This document shows positions 27,137-35,655 of a DNA stretch of 58,641 nucleotides, one piece after another. A program made the position numbers and the translations under genes. Where the stretch lies: NCBI GenBank assembly GCA_945788685.1, contig CALZMZ010000003.1, positions 1-58,641 of the forward strand, given 5' to 3'. A model generated the notes under the pieces. The model was given only the letters and a program-made list of their open reading frames with translations. It was not told the DNA's origin and searched no databases. The DNA is from Thermodesulfovibrionia bacterium (GTDB lineage Bacteria; Nitrospirota; Thermodesulfovibrionia; UBA6902). Each line of letters begins with the position of its first letter. The stretch's first letter is position 1.

Positions 27137-28915
27137 GTGTTAAAACGGATTATGATTTTTAAGAAAAACATACAGCAACTCAGGCTGACTGACCGGGAAC
27201 TTGCAGACGGGATATCAAACGCAGGACAGTCTGTTGACGTAGTAATTTCTGAATCAAGGTCAGGTGCACCGACATTGCAGGTAAATAATACCTATATTCA
27301 CAGTTCATATGATCCTGTTAAGGAAGCAAAAGAGTGGTTAAAAAATAATGAACAATACATTCACGGGGCTGACAATATCGTTGTGTTTGGTTTCGGTCTG
27401 GGATTTCACCTGAATGAACTTTGCACAAGCACTCAAAAACAGATCACCGTGTTTGAACCTAACCTTCATGTGCTGAAGGCAGCATTTCAGAGTCAGGATT
27501 TAGAAGCTGTACTATCGAGAATTAAAATAATTACAGATGTTTCCGCACCATACTTTGAAGACGATACAGCTGTGCTGACTCTTCAGTCATCTCTGAAGTT
27601 GACCCCGGAATATTTTGATCAGGTCCTCTTAAAACTGAAAGCCAGAGACATATTAGCAAGTGGTTTGAGAATCATGGTTGTCGGTCCTGTATATGGTGGT
27701 TCACTTGAGGTTGCAAAGTACTGCTCATCATCATTGATAAACATGGGACATACAGTCGAGCTGGTTGATAACAGCAGATTTGATGACACACTGTTTTATA
27801 TAAGGGAAATAACCAGTAATAAGAACCACTATGATGCCCTTGTCGAAAAGTTTACAGCGTTGCTGTCTGAATTCATTCTGGCCCGCTGTGAGGAGTTTCA
27901 GCCCGATATTGTTATTAATCTTGCCCAGGCACCTGTAACAACTGACTGTATTGAGAGAATCAAACATTATGGTGTCAAGACCGCCTACTGGTTTGTCGAA
28001 GACTTCAGATTCATGGAATACTGGAAACAGGTAGCCGGCAGTGTTGACCATTTTTTTACCATTCAAAAAGATGATTTCTTTGAAGAAATGAAACAGTCAG
28101 GATTAGACAATTATCATTATCTCCCCATGGCAGCGTATCCTCAGGTACACAGACCTGTTGATCTGTCAGAGGAGGAAAAAAAGTATTATGGAAGTGAAAT
28201 TTCATTTGTCGGAGCCGGATATTACAACCGGAAACATTTCTTTAATGGATTCATTGACCATGATCTGAAAATCTGGGGGACTGACTGGGACATGCATTCA
28301 AAGCTTGCCGGCTTTATCCAGCGGTCAGGCAGCAGGGTAGATACGGATGAGATAGTGAGGATTTATAATGCCAGCAGGATCAATATTAATCTTCATTCAT
28401 CAACATATCATAAAGGAGTAAACCCTTTTGGAGATTTTGTTAACCCCAGGACATTTGAGATCATGTCCTGTGGAGGATTTCAGCTTGTGGACAGAAGGAG
28501 CGGACTCGATGGACTGTTTGAGGAAGGAGAAGAGGTTGTTATATTCAATGACCAGAATGACCTGCGTCAGAAGATACAACATTATCGTGAACATCCGGAG
28601 GAAGCAAAAAGAATCTCAGAGAAAGGAAGAAACAGGGTCTTAAGAGACCATACATATGAAAAGAGGATGCAGGAGATGCTTGAAGTAATAGTTGCAGATG
28701 ATTATGAACCTGCCTGCTGGGCAGATAACAGAGAGCTTGTACAGGACCTGATTACAGAGGCTGATGCAGAAACAGAGGTGGGAAGATACCTGTCACAATT
28801 TAATGAACATGAACACATAGCCCTGTCTGATATCATTGAGAAAATATCAAATGAAGATGGAGACTTATCAAGAACAGAGTCAATATTTATGATGATGAAT
28901 GAGTTTAAAGGCTGA
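27137..28915 (+). CDS. Maf-N-like / CgeB-like putative protein glycosyltransferase, paralog of 18510-20186
   Basis: 592-aa ORF with a GTG start at 27137 and an ATG alternative at 27152. 'IHSSYDPVKEAKEW...VVFGFGLGFHL' and the C-terminal 'RTFEIMSCGGFQLVD...EVVIFND...RNRVLRDHTYEKR' are collinear with the 18510 ORF. Confidence 0.55.
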   Translation: MLKRIMIFKKNIQQLRLTDRELADGISNAGQSVDVVISESRSGAPTLQVNNTYIHSSYDPVKEAKEWLKNNEQYIHGADNIVVFGFGLGFHLNELCTSTQKQITVFEPNLHVLKAAFQSQDLEAVLSRIKIITDVSAPYFEDDTAVLTLQSSLKLTPEYFDQVLLKLKARDILASGLRIMVVGPVYGGSLEVAKYCSSSLINMGHTVELVDNSRFDDTLFYIREITSNKNHYDALVEKFTALLSEFILARCEEFQPDIVINLAQAPVTTDCIERIKHYGVKTAYWFVEDFRFMEYWKQVAGSVDHFFTIQKDDFFEEMKQSGLDNYHYLPMAAYPQVHRPVDLSEEEKKYYGSEISFVGAGYYNRKHFFNGFIDHDLKIWGTDWDMHSKLAGFIQRSGSRVDTDEIVRIYNASRININLHSSTYHKGVNPFGDFVNPRTFEIMSCGGFQLVDRRSGLDGLFEEGEEVVIFNDQNDLRQKIQHYREHPEEAKRISEKGRNRVLRDHTYEKRMQEMLEVIVADDYEPACWADNRELVQDLITEADAETEVGRYLSQFNEHEHIALSDIIEKISNEDGDLSRTESIFMMMNEFKG

Positions 28916-28919
28916 ATAC

Positions 28920-30632
28920 ATGAGACAGATTTTAATCATAAATCTTACGAGAATGGGGGACCTGCTCCAGACTACGCCTCTTATGGCCGGTATCAAGTCC
29001 AAATATCCCGGCAGCAGGATCAGTCTACTGGTAAATTCAGCCTTTACAGAAGTGTGCAGAGGTATCCCCTGCATAGACGACCTGATTGAGTTTGATATGA
29101 AAGGATACCTTGTGAGACGTATGGAGGGGAAACACTCACTGGTTGAGAACTACAGGATTCTGGAAGCCCTGGTCAACAGCATTAATAACAGGGAATATGA
29201 TCTTGCGGTAAATGTAACGCATTCATCAGTCAGTGCAGTGCTTGTATCGCTTATAAGGGCAAAAGAGGTGAGAGGATTTACCATAAGTTCAGAAGGACAC
29301 AGGGTGATAAAACACCCATGGGTAAGGTATTTTTTCAATGTTATACCAAACCGCAATTATAATCCCTTTCATATAGTGGATATGTATCTCAAAATAGGAG
29401 ATGTCAGTCCGGTAACCAGAGGGCTGGTATACGATATATTTCCAGATGACGAAGAAAGGGCTGACCAGATACTTGCCAGGGAAGGCATACATAATGAGGT
29501 CCTGGTGGGCCTGCATCTTGGTGCCAGCAAAGATGAAAAAGCATGGCCGGTTTCATCTTATGCCGGGCTTGCAGATATGATATGCAAACAACTTGGGGTA
29601 AAAATAATTCTCTTTGGAACATCATCGGAAGCTCTGCTTGCATCAGAATTTGAAAAATATGCGGAAACCAGACCCGTAAATCTCGTGGGTAAGACGGGGG
29701 TCGGAGATCTTGCATCGCTGCTTAAGAAATGCAGTCTTTTCATCAGCAATGATACCGGTCCGCTGCATGTTGCTACATCAGCAGGCACAACGGTCATAGA
29801 TATATCCTTGGCAAATGTCCATTTTATGGAGACGGGACCTTTTGGAGAAGGGCACTATGTACTACAGTCTGATCTGCCATGTTCTCCGTGCGGTTTTGAT
29901 GTGCAGTGCAATGACAGGGTATGTAACTCCCTCATTACACCGGATAAGGTATTTGAGGTGGTGAAAGCAGCACTGGACGGAGCAGGGGACAACATTGAAT
30001 TGAGTACTGAAAAAATGGAGCAGGTCCAGGTGTACAGATCTTATTTTCAGGAAGATGGATATCTTGATTATAGACCTTTGATAAAACGTTCACTTGAGGT
30101 TAATGTGCTTTATCGTTTGATATACAGACAGGTCCTGAATACGGAGTCAGGGAAGATTGACTCCGGGACTGCCGGTATTTGTGAACGTATATGTAAAGAT
30201 ATTGAAGAACTCTACCTGAATGAAAGTGTACGTTTGTGTATGGAAGTCATTAGTGATGATCTGGATGTACTTGCACATCTGGTCAGACTGACAGAACAAG
30301 CATTGCGTCATCTCAGGAATCTGGAGCAGGGAGTCAGCAGAGACATCAGAGACAATAAAGAGATAAAAAATATCTGGAAAAAAATTGAACCGCTTGAAGA
30401 TGAAATTAATCTCATAGGAGACACGCATCACTGTTTTAAGCCCTTGACACTGCTTTTTGATTATTCAAGGGAGGCATTGGAAGGGGATGACCTTGAAATT
30501 CTTGTAAAGGAGTCAATTGAAATATATGAAGGCCTCTTAATTAAGGGAGAAAATATGCAGGCAATAATGACAGGAATGAAATCTGTATTGAATGTTCAAA
30601 CAGAGAACAGTAAGCTTGCCATGACGTCTTAA
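28920..30632 (+). CDS. glycosyltransferase family 9 (heptosyltransferase-like) with ~230-aa helical C-terminal extension
   Basis: The start 'MRQILIINLTRMGDLLQTTPL' is typical of GT9. 'SNDTGPLHVA' is present, as is the Cys cluster 'CSPCGFDVQCNDRVC'. The ORF track also allows a start at 28899, overlapping the upstream gene. Confidence 0.75.
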   Translation: MRQILIINLTRMGDLLQTTPLMAGIKSKYPGSRISLLVNSAFTEVCRGIPCIDDLIEFDMKGYLVRRMEGKHSLVENYRILEALVNSINNREYDLAVNVTHSSVSAVLVSLIRAKEVRGFTISSEGHRVIKHPWVRYFFNVIPNRNYNPFHIVDMYLKIGDVSPVTRGLVYDIFPDDEERADQILAREGIHNEVLVGLHLGASKDEKAWPVSSYAGLADMICKQLGVKIILFGTSSEALLASEFEKYAETRPVNLVGKTGVGDLASLLKKCSLFISNDTGPLHVATSAGTTVIDISLANVHFMETGPFGEGHYVLQSDLPCSPCGFDVQCNDRVCNSLITPDKVFEVVKAALDGAGDNIELSTEKMEQVQVYRSYFQEDGYLDYRPLIKRSLEVNVLYRLIYRQVLNTESGKIDSGTAGICERICKDIEELYLNESVRLCMEVISDDLDVLAHLVRLTEQALRHLRNLEQGVSRDIRDNKEIKNIWKKIEPLEDEINLIGDTHHCFKPLTLLFDYSREALEGDDLEILVKESIEIYEGLLIKGENMQAIMTGMKSVLNVQTENSKLAMTS

Positions 30633-30697
30633 AAAAATACATGAAAGGGACAAAATTCCTGATGCTGATGTATTCAATATAAAACAAGGAGGAAAAA

Positions 30698-31126
30698 ATG
30701 AATGAAACAAAAGTTGTAACAGAGCAGCCTGAGATACTCCAGGCTATTAAAAACAGTGTAGGAGATGCAAGGCATGTAGTAAAAGAACTTGCAGAGGTTT
30801 TTACTGAACGTATCCAGCCGTTAAGACTGGAAGAAAGTGAAAGTGTTTTCAATGATCTGACCCAGAATATTTATGATCTCCAGGGCCTGATGGAGTTTAT
30901 TATGGAACTGAAGAACGGTATGAACTATTTTGAAGGATTCGGTTTACCGGCTGATCCCATAACATCCGATGGCAGCGGGCTTGCATTGTTCAATGAGATG
31001 CATACTTCCATGGAATCCAAGGACTGGGTAATGCTGGCAGATCTTATTGAATATGAATTGTCACCGCTCCTGCTTAAAGAGGCAGAATGGTTAGGTGAAC
31101 TGAATGACATACTCATGGAGTATTAG
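30698..31126 (+). CDS. hypothetical small acidic helical protein
   Basis: 142-aa ORF with strong SD 'aaggagg'. No motif was recognised. Confidence 0.5.
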   Translation: MNETKVVTEQPEILQAIKNSVGDARHVVKELAEVFTERIQPLRLEESESVFNDLTQNIYDLQGLMEFIMELKNGMNYFEGFGLPADPITSDGSGLALFNEMHTSMESKDWVMLADLIEYELSPLLLKEAEWLGELNDILMEY

Positions 31127-31238
31127 GACAGGCTACGTTCAAGATTTGATAATGGTCAACCGATTAGTAAAGAGAGACCTTTATTATTTGTCCTTAACCC
31201 ATGTAATAAATGGTTCGGATATATTGAAAATAAACTGG

Positions 31239-31808
31239 ATGAGGGAGAAAATCCTTGTTGCTGATGATGATTATATAGTCAGGGATCTTGTTGTCAAATT
31301 TTTATCAGACGAAGGATACGCAGTAGCCGTAGCAAGCGATGGTATTGAAGCTTTCAATATGCTCAGACGTGAAGACTTTAAACTTGTACTTTCCGATCTC
31401 AGGATGCCCGGTGCAGATGGGATGGAAGTACTGAGGGCAGCTATCAGAACAGATCCCAATATTGCGGTAGTGATTATTACAGCATATGGAACGCTTGATA
31501 CGGCACTTGAGGCCATGAATGAAGGAGCGTATGACTATATTGTAAAACCGTTTGTAATGCAGCAGTTGCTCCTGGTTGTTAGAAATGCATATAGAATGGC
31601 GATATTAATCGAAGAAAATGAAAAGCTGGCATTACAGCTTAAAGAAACATATAGATCACTTGAGGCCTGTAAGTCGACCAATGCACGGAGTTCAGCTATG
31701 AACGACAGGCCTGATCCGGAAACGGACAATAACCATGAAGCAGATGAAGTCAACAGAGAAAGTATAAAAAAATATAATTCTCTGGTTAATGGACTTAAAA
31801 TTAATTAA
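31239..31808 (+). CDS. response regulator, receiver domain with coiled-coil tail and no recognisable output domain
   Basis: CheY-like motifs are 'ILVADDD', phospho-Asp 'LVLSDLRMPGADG', 'VVIITAYG' and 'DYIVKPF'. The start is placed at the internal ATG ('MREKILVADDD'), because the ORF-track start at 31104 overlaps the upstream gene. Confidence 0.8.
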   Translation: MREKILVADDDYIVRDLVVKFLSDEGYAVAVASDGIEAFNMLRREDFKLVLSDLRMPGADGMEVLRAAIRTDPNIAVVIITAYGTLDTALEAMNEGAYDYIVKPFVMQQLLLVVRNAYRMAILIEENEKLALQLKETYRSLEACKSTNARSSAMNDRPDPETDNNHEADEVNRESIKKYNSLVNGLKIN

Positions 31809-31852
31809 TCGTGAAATGTAATGGCAGTATTTAAGAAAAATCGGAGGCCAAG

Positions 31853-32458
31853 ATGACCGATGAAGAAAAAGAAATAAAACAGGGTGAAGAGAGAAGAAGA
31901 TATTTCAGGGTTGATGATGTGATATCTGTAGTTGCAAATCCCATTCATGTTGATAAAGAAAAGAGTGATGAATTTGCAAAGACTATTGCTACATCCCGGG
32001 CATTTTCTCTTGTGGAAGGTCAGAATTTGGATGCAGCTGACAACGATAATTCAGTGCCTCTTGATTCTGACAATAAAAAATTATATGAAATGATGACAGA
32101 ACTGAAAGCAAAACTTGATTTTATCATCAACCAGTTTATGCTGGAAAAAGAAGGGTTGAATAATCCGGAAAAGAAGTTTGTTAACATCAGTGCGTCCGGA
32201 ATCAGGTTCACTGTCGATCATCCCGTGAATGAGGGTGACATAATGGATATAAAGCTTCTTTTGCCTACATACCCCCCCGTAGCTGTCTTTGCCTATGGAG
32301 AAGTATTAAGAGCAGTTCCTCTGGACAATGGAAAGTATGATGTAGCTCTTGAGTATCTCAACATGTCTGAATCAGTAAAAAACGAAATTATACAGTATGC
32401 CTTTGCGCATCAGCGGGATACAATCCGCAAAACAAAGAGCGCGGAGAATAATGAATAA
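31853..32458 (+). CDS. PilZ-domain c-di-GMP receptor with a long insertion between its binding motifs
   Basis: 201-aa ORF. RRxxxR is at residues 14-19 ('RRRYFR') and (D/N)xSxxG at residues 111-116 ('NISASG'). Its stop overlaps the downstream motA-like start (ATGAATAA). Confidence 0.75.
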   Translation: MTDEEKEIKQGEERRRYFRVDDVISVVANPIHVDKEKSDEFAKTIATSRAFSLVEGQNLDAADNDNSVPLDSDNKKLYEMMTELKAKLDFIINQFMLEKEGLNNPEKKFVNISASGIRFTVDHPVNEGDIMDIKLLLPTYPPVAVFAYGEVLRAVPLDNGKYDVALEYLNMSESVKNEIIQYAFAHQRDTIRKTKSAENNE

Positions 32459-33209
32459 AGCGAGCATATTAGGTGTATTAGTTGGTATCCTGGCCATCCT
32501 TGGTGGCAATGCGCTGGAAGGCGGAAATGCCGGATCCATATTGCAGGGATCTGCAGCGCTGATAGTTTTTGGCGGCACATTCGGCGCAACTGTTTTAAGC
32601 TTTTCGGGAAAAGACATTATGCTGGCAGCAAGGATGTGTAAAAGCGTATTTTATGATAATAAATTACTGCCAAATGAAGAGTCGATAATATCGGATATGG
32701 TGCAATTTGCTTCAAAAGCCAGAAAAAACGGGATACTCTCTCTTGATAGAGACATGTCCAGACTGCAGTATGGTTTTTTCAGAAGAGCTGTCAGGCTGGC
32801 AATAGATGGCATTGATCCAAATACTATCCAGACTACACTTGATCAGGAGAACAAGACCTTTGAGGAAGAAAGAGGCAGAGCAGCAAAAGTGTTTGAAGCT
32901 GCAGGCGGTTATGCTCCCACCATTGGAATTATAGGTGCGGTCCTTGGACTTATACATGTTATGGAAAATCTGAGTGACCCGACCAAGCTCGGCTCTGGCA
33001 TAGCTGTTGCATTCGTGGCAACCGTATATGGTGTAGCTTCTGCAAATCTCATACTTTTACCAATGGCAAAAAAAATGATCAACAATATTAAAGATGAAAT
33101 ATTTGTTAGAGAGATTATTGTGGAAGGCGTGTCAAGCATACAGGCAGGCAAGAGCCCTTTCTATCTGAAAGAGCATTTAAGCGCATTTGCCTCAAAACAT
33201 AAAAACTGA
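32451..33209 (+). CDS. MotA/PomA-family stator channel protein
   Basis: The protein is ~252 aa starting 'MNKASILGVLVGILAILGG'. The C-terminal TM pair with 'APTIGIIGAVLGLI' and 'AFVATVYGVASANLILLP' is typical of the MotA/TolQ/ExbB family. Confidence 0.85.
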   Translation: MNKASILGVLVGILAILGGNALEGGNAGSILQGSAALIVFGGTFGATVLSFSGKDIMLAARMCKSVFYDNKLLPNEESIISDMVQFASKARKNGILSLDRDMSRLQYGFFRRAVRLAIDGIDPNTIQTTLDQENKTFEEERGRAAKVFEAAGGYAPTIGIIGAVLGLIHVMENLSDPTKLGSGIAVAFVATVYGVASANLILLPMAKKMINNIKDEIFVREIIVEGVSSIQAGKSPFYLKEHLSAFASKHKN

Positions 33210-33252
33210 CAAAAAAGTCGATTTATTTTTATTACACTGTACAGCTATAGCT

Positions 33253-33960
33253 ATGAGAAAGAAAAGGAAAGAAGTTAAGAGTCATGAGAATGTTGAAAGG
33301 TGGATGGTGTCATACGCTGATTTTGTTACGCTGTTATTCTGTTTTTTTACGGCAATGTATGCTATCAGTAATGTAGACACCAACAAGCTTGAGAAATTTG
33401 CATCTTCCATGAAGACAGCGTTTAATGATGGCGAAAAAGTGAAAAATTTTTCGGTTATTGATGATGTCCAGGTTCTACTCCCTACTTCAGCGGAGACTGA
33501 ATCCAGCATAAGAGAGATGCTGAGTACCATCATAAAGGAATCTGATGGATCGCTAGATGTTAAAAGGGACAAAAGGGGGATTGTGATTGCAGTTGCCGAT
33601 AAGATGCTTTACAAATCAGGTTCGGCGGAACTGAAAGAAGATGCTGTAAACTTTCTTGATCAATTGGTACAACCGATTCTGGAGTATCCAAACCCGGTAA
33701 GGATTGAAGGGCACACAGACAATATTCCCATCCATACGAAATCGTTCCCTTCAAACTGGGAATTGTCAGCATCCAGGGCAATTAACGTCGCAAAATATTT
33801 TGTTGATAAACATGATGTTGATCCTGGAAGGATTACCTCCATAGGTTATGCAGAACACAAACCGGTTGCATCAAATGACAGCCCTGATGGACGTGCCAAA
33901 AACAGGCGGGTAGATATAGTTCTCTTAAGTGACAAGGAAAGCAGAAAAGAACCGTACTAG
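33253..33960 (+). CDS. MotB/PomB-family stator protein (OmpA-like C-terminus)
   Basis: 'WMVSYADFVTLLFCFF' is the plug/TM segment with the conserved Asp. The OmpA-like domain reads 'RIEGHTDNIP...SNWELSASRA...NRRVDIVL'. The start is set at the ATG giving 'MRKKRKE'. Confidence 0.85.
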   Translation: MRKKRKEVKSHENVERWMVSYADFVTLLFCFFTAMYAISNVDTNKLEKFASSMKTAFNDGEKVKNFSVIDDVQVLLPTSAETESSIREMLSTIIKESDGSLDVKRDKRGIVIAVADKMLYKSGSAELKEDAVNFLDQLVQPILEYPNPVRIEGHTDNIPIHTKSFPSNWELSASRAINVAKYFVDKHDVDPGRITSIGYAEHKPVASNDSPDGRAKNRRVDIVLLSDKESRKEPY

Positions 33961-33961
33961 A

Positions 33962-33996
33962 CAATTTCCAATTTCCAAGCTCAAATGCCAAATACA
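33962..33996. repeat. decaying period-7 tandem array (CAATTTC-like units)
   Basis: The units are caatttc caatttc caagctc aaatgcc aaataca. The array starts 2 nt after the motB-like stop codon. Confidence 0.5.
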
Positions 33997-34042
33997 TGCC
34001 CAACCTGACTCAATGTTATAATTCATACGCCTGATACGTTAG

Positions 34043-34155
34043 GTCATTCCCGCAGTTTTTTAAGCGGGAATCCCTAGTGATGCTAGTTTTCTGGATTCTC
34101 GATGCGAGTCTACGCGAGAGTCGCTCCGACCCGCTCAACTGACCGCGGGAATGAC
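34043..34155. repeat. small palindromic intergenic element with 11-nt terminal inverted repeats GTCATTCCCGC...GCGGGAATGAC
   Basis: The terminal inverted repeats were read directly. An inner 8-bp hairpin pairs ATTCCCGC with GCGGGAAT at 34046-34071. A related copy lies at 44970-45046. Confidence 0.55.
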
Positions 34156-34231
34156 GGGTATATGCAGTGGACATGTTATAAGTATTTTCAGCTCTTTATT
34201 AAATCTGACAGTTTCTGACAAAATAAGAACC

Positions 34232-35332
34232 ATGACTGTTCCGGAAAAAGACAACGAAACAGAACTGAAACAGCAGTCATTGCTGTTCAGACAGATTTTT
34301 AAGAGTCAGAAGTGGTGGCAGAATATTATTGATGCAATTACGGATTATCTTTTTGTAATTGATCAGGAATATAAAATACTGCGGACGAACAAGGCGTTTG
34401 CAAATTTGTTTGACAAGGATCCCGCCAATATAATTATGACACCATATTATGAACTTTTTGATCTGACCGGTCCTCATGAGTGGGCGACTCTCCTGATAGA
34501 AAAGGAAAGCTTACAGCCCAAGTCGGTCGAGAGGGAAATAAACGGTTCAACATATCTTATCAGTTCATATCCGATTTATTTTGATGAGCATGATGCGACC
34601 GTTTATATCATGAAGGATATCACTGAAACGAGAAGATTGAAGGACCAGGTGTATCACCTTGATAAGTTATCATCGCTGGGTACGTTGACATCAGGTGTTG
34701 CACATGAGATCAATAATCCTTTGACCGGCATTATCGGGTATACGGAAATGCTCTTAATGAAGAACAAGGATGACACTCATAAAAAATACCTTCAAAATGT
34801 CTATGACTCTGCAATCAGGTGCAAGAAAATAGTTGAGAACATGCTGACCTTTTCGAGACAGCACAGAGCAGAGAAAAGCATAGAAAAGGTCAATGACCTT
34901 ATAAACAGGACTGTTGAGCTTCATGAATACTGGCTTAAATCTACAAACATCAAGATAATAAGGGACTACGGAGATGTCCCGGGTATTTCTATAGACCGCC
35001 AGCAGTTCCAGCAGGTCATCCTTAATCTTCTGATTAATGCTGAACATGCCATTTCAGAGAGAAATGTCAAAGGTGAAATTGCTTTTAGAACATCTTACAA
35101 TGAGAAAACAGGCAGCGTTAATATAATAGTTTCTGATAACGGTTCAGGAATACCACCTGATGTCCTTGCAAAAATATTTGATCCGTTTTTCACTACCAAA
35201 CCTGTAAATAAGGGGACAGGTCTTGGTCTTTCCATAGCCCACGGTATCATTGCTGAACAGGGTGGAACAATAGAGGTTGAGAGTAGTATGGGAAAAGGTA
35301 CTTCATTTATCATTAACCTTCCATGCTCGTAA
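34232..35332 (+). CDS. cytoplasmic PAS sensor histidine kinase
   Basis: Motifs are H-box 'GVAHEINNPLTGIIGYTEML', N-box 'LLINAEHAI', G1 'DNGSGIP' and G2 'GTGLGLSIAHG'. No TM segment is apparent. The start is set at ATG 34232, because the ORF-track ATG at 34151 lies inside the repeat element. Confidence 0.85.
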   Translation: MTVPEKDNETELKQQSLLFRQIFKSQKWWQNIIDAITDYLFVIDQEYKILRTNKAFANLFDKDPANIIMTPYYELFDLTGPHEWATLLIEKESLQPKSVEREINGSTYLISSYPIYFDEHDATVYIMKDITETRRLKDQVYHLDKLSSLGTLTSGVAHEINNPLTGIIGYTEMLLMKNKDDTHKKYLQNVYDSAIRCKKIVENMLTFSRQHRAEKSIEKVNDLINRTVELHEYWLKSTNIKIIRDYGDVPGISIDRQQFQQVILNLLINAEHAISERNVKGEIAFRTSYNEKTGSVNIIVSDNGSGIPPDVLAKIFDPFFTTKPVNKGTGLGLSIAHGIIAEQGGTIEVESSMGKGTSFIINLPCS

Positions 35333-35655
35333 CAGTTCAGGTTTACAATTGAAGTGAAATGATAACCTGAAGTGTTAAATGTTTGCAAAGGCTTTTCCTT
35401 TTTCGGCTGATAAATTACAAATAAATTACAAGATCCAAATTCCAAAAAATGAACTACCGCCCGACTATGGATAATAAGACAGTAGTCTTATGTTCCGGAG
35501 CGTTACCTTAACCGGTTCTCCTGGTCTTCTCACGTTTTGATAATTGGTGCTTATTTGATATTTGTATTTTATTATTTGTTATTTATGCCCTGAGAAAGCA
35601 GGAAAAGCGTTTACAGACATTGAATGTGCATCTAGTGTTCAGAACTATTGAAGCA

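Noticed and set aside
31104-31238. The upstream extension of the response-regulator ORF.
   Set aside because: It overlaps the preceding gene's end, and the 45 extra residues precede the canonical receiver start 'KILVADDD'. The internal ATG at 31239 is preferred.
32451-33960. The MotA/MotB-like pair considered as a Zorya-type (ZorAB) anti-phage system.
   Set aside because: The MotA-like protein is ~252 aa and lacks the long C-terminal tail characteristic of ZorA. No ZorC/ZorD/ZorE-like genes are nearby. The context (PilZ, REC, a second motAB) fits motility-type stators.
34151-34231. The upstream ATG (ORF-track start) of the histidine kinase.
   Set aside because: The ATG is part of the right terminal inverted repeat (GCGGGAATGAC) of the palindromic element, and the first 27 codons look non-native. 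The downstream ATG at 34232 is preferred.
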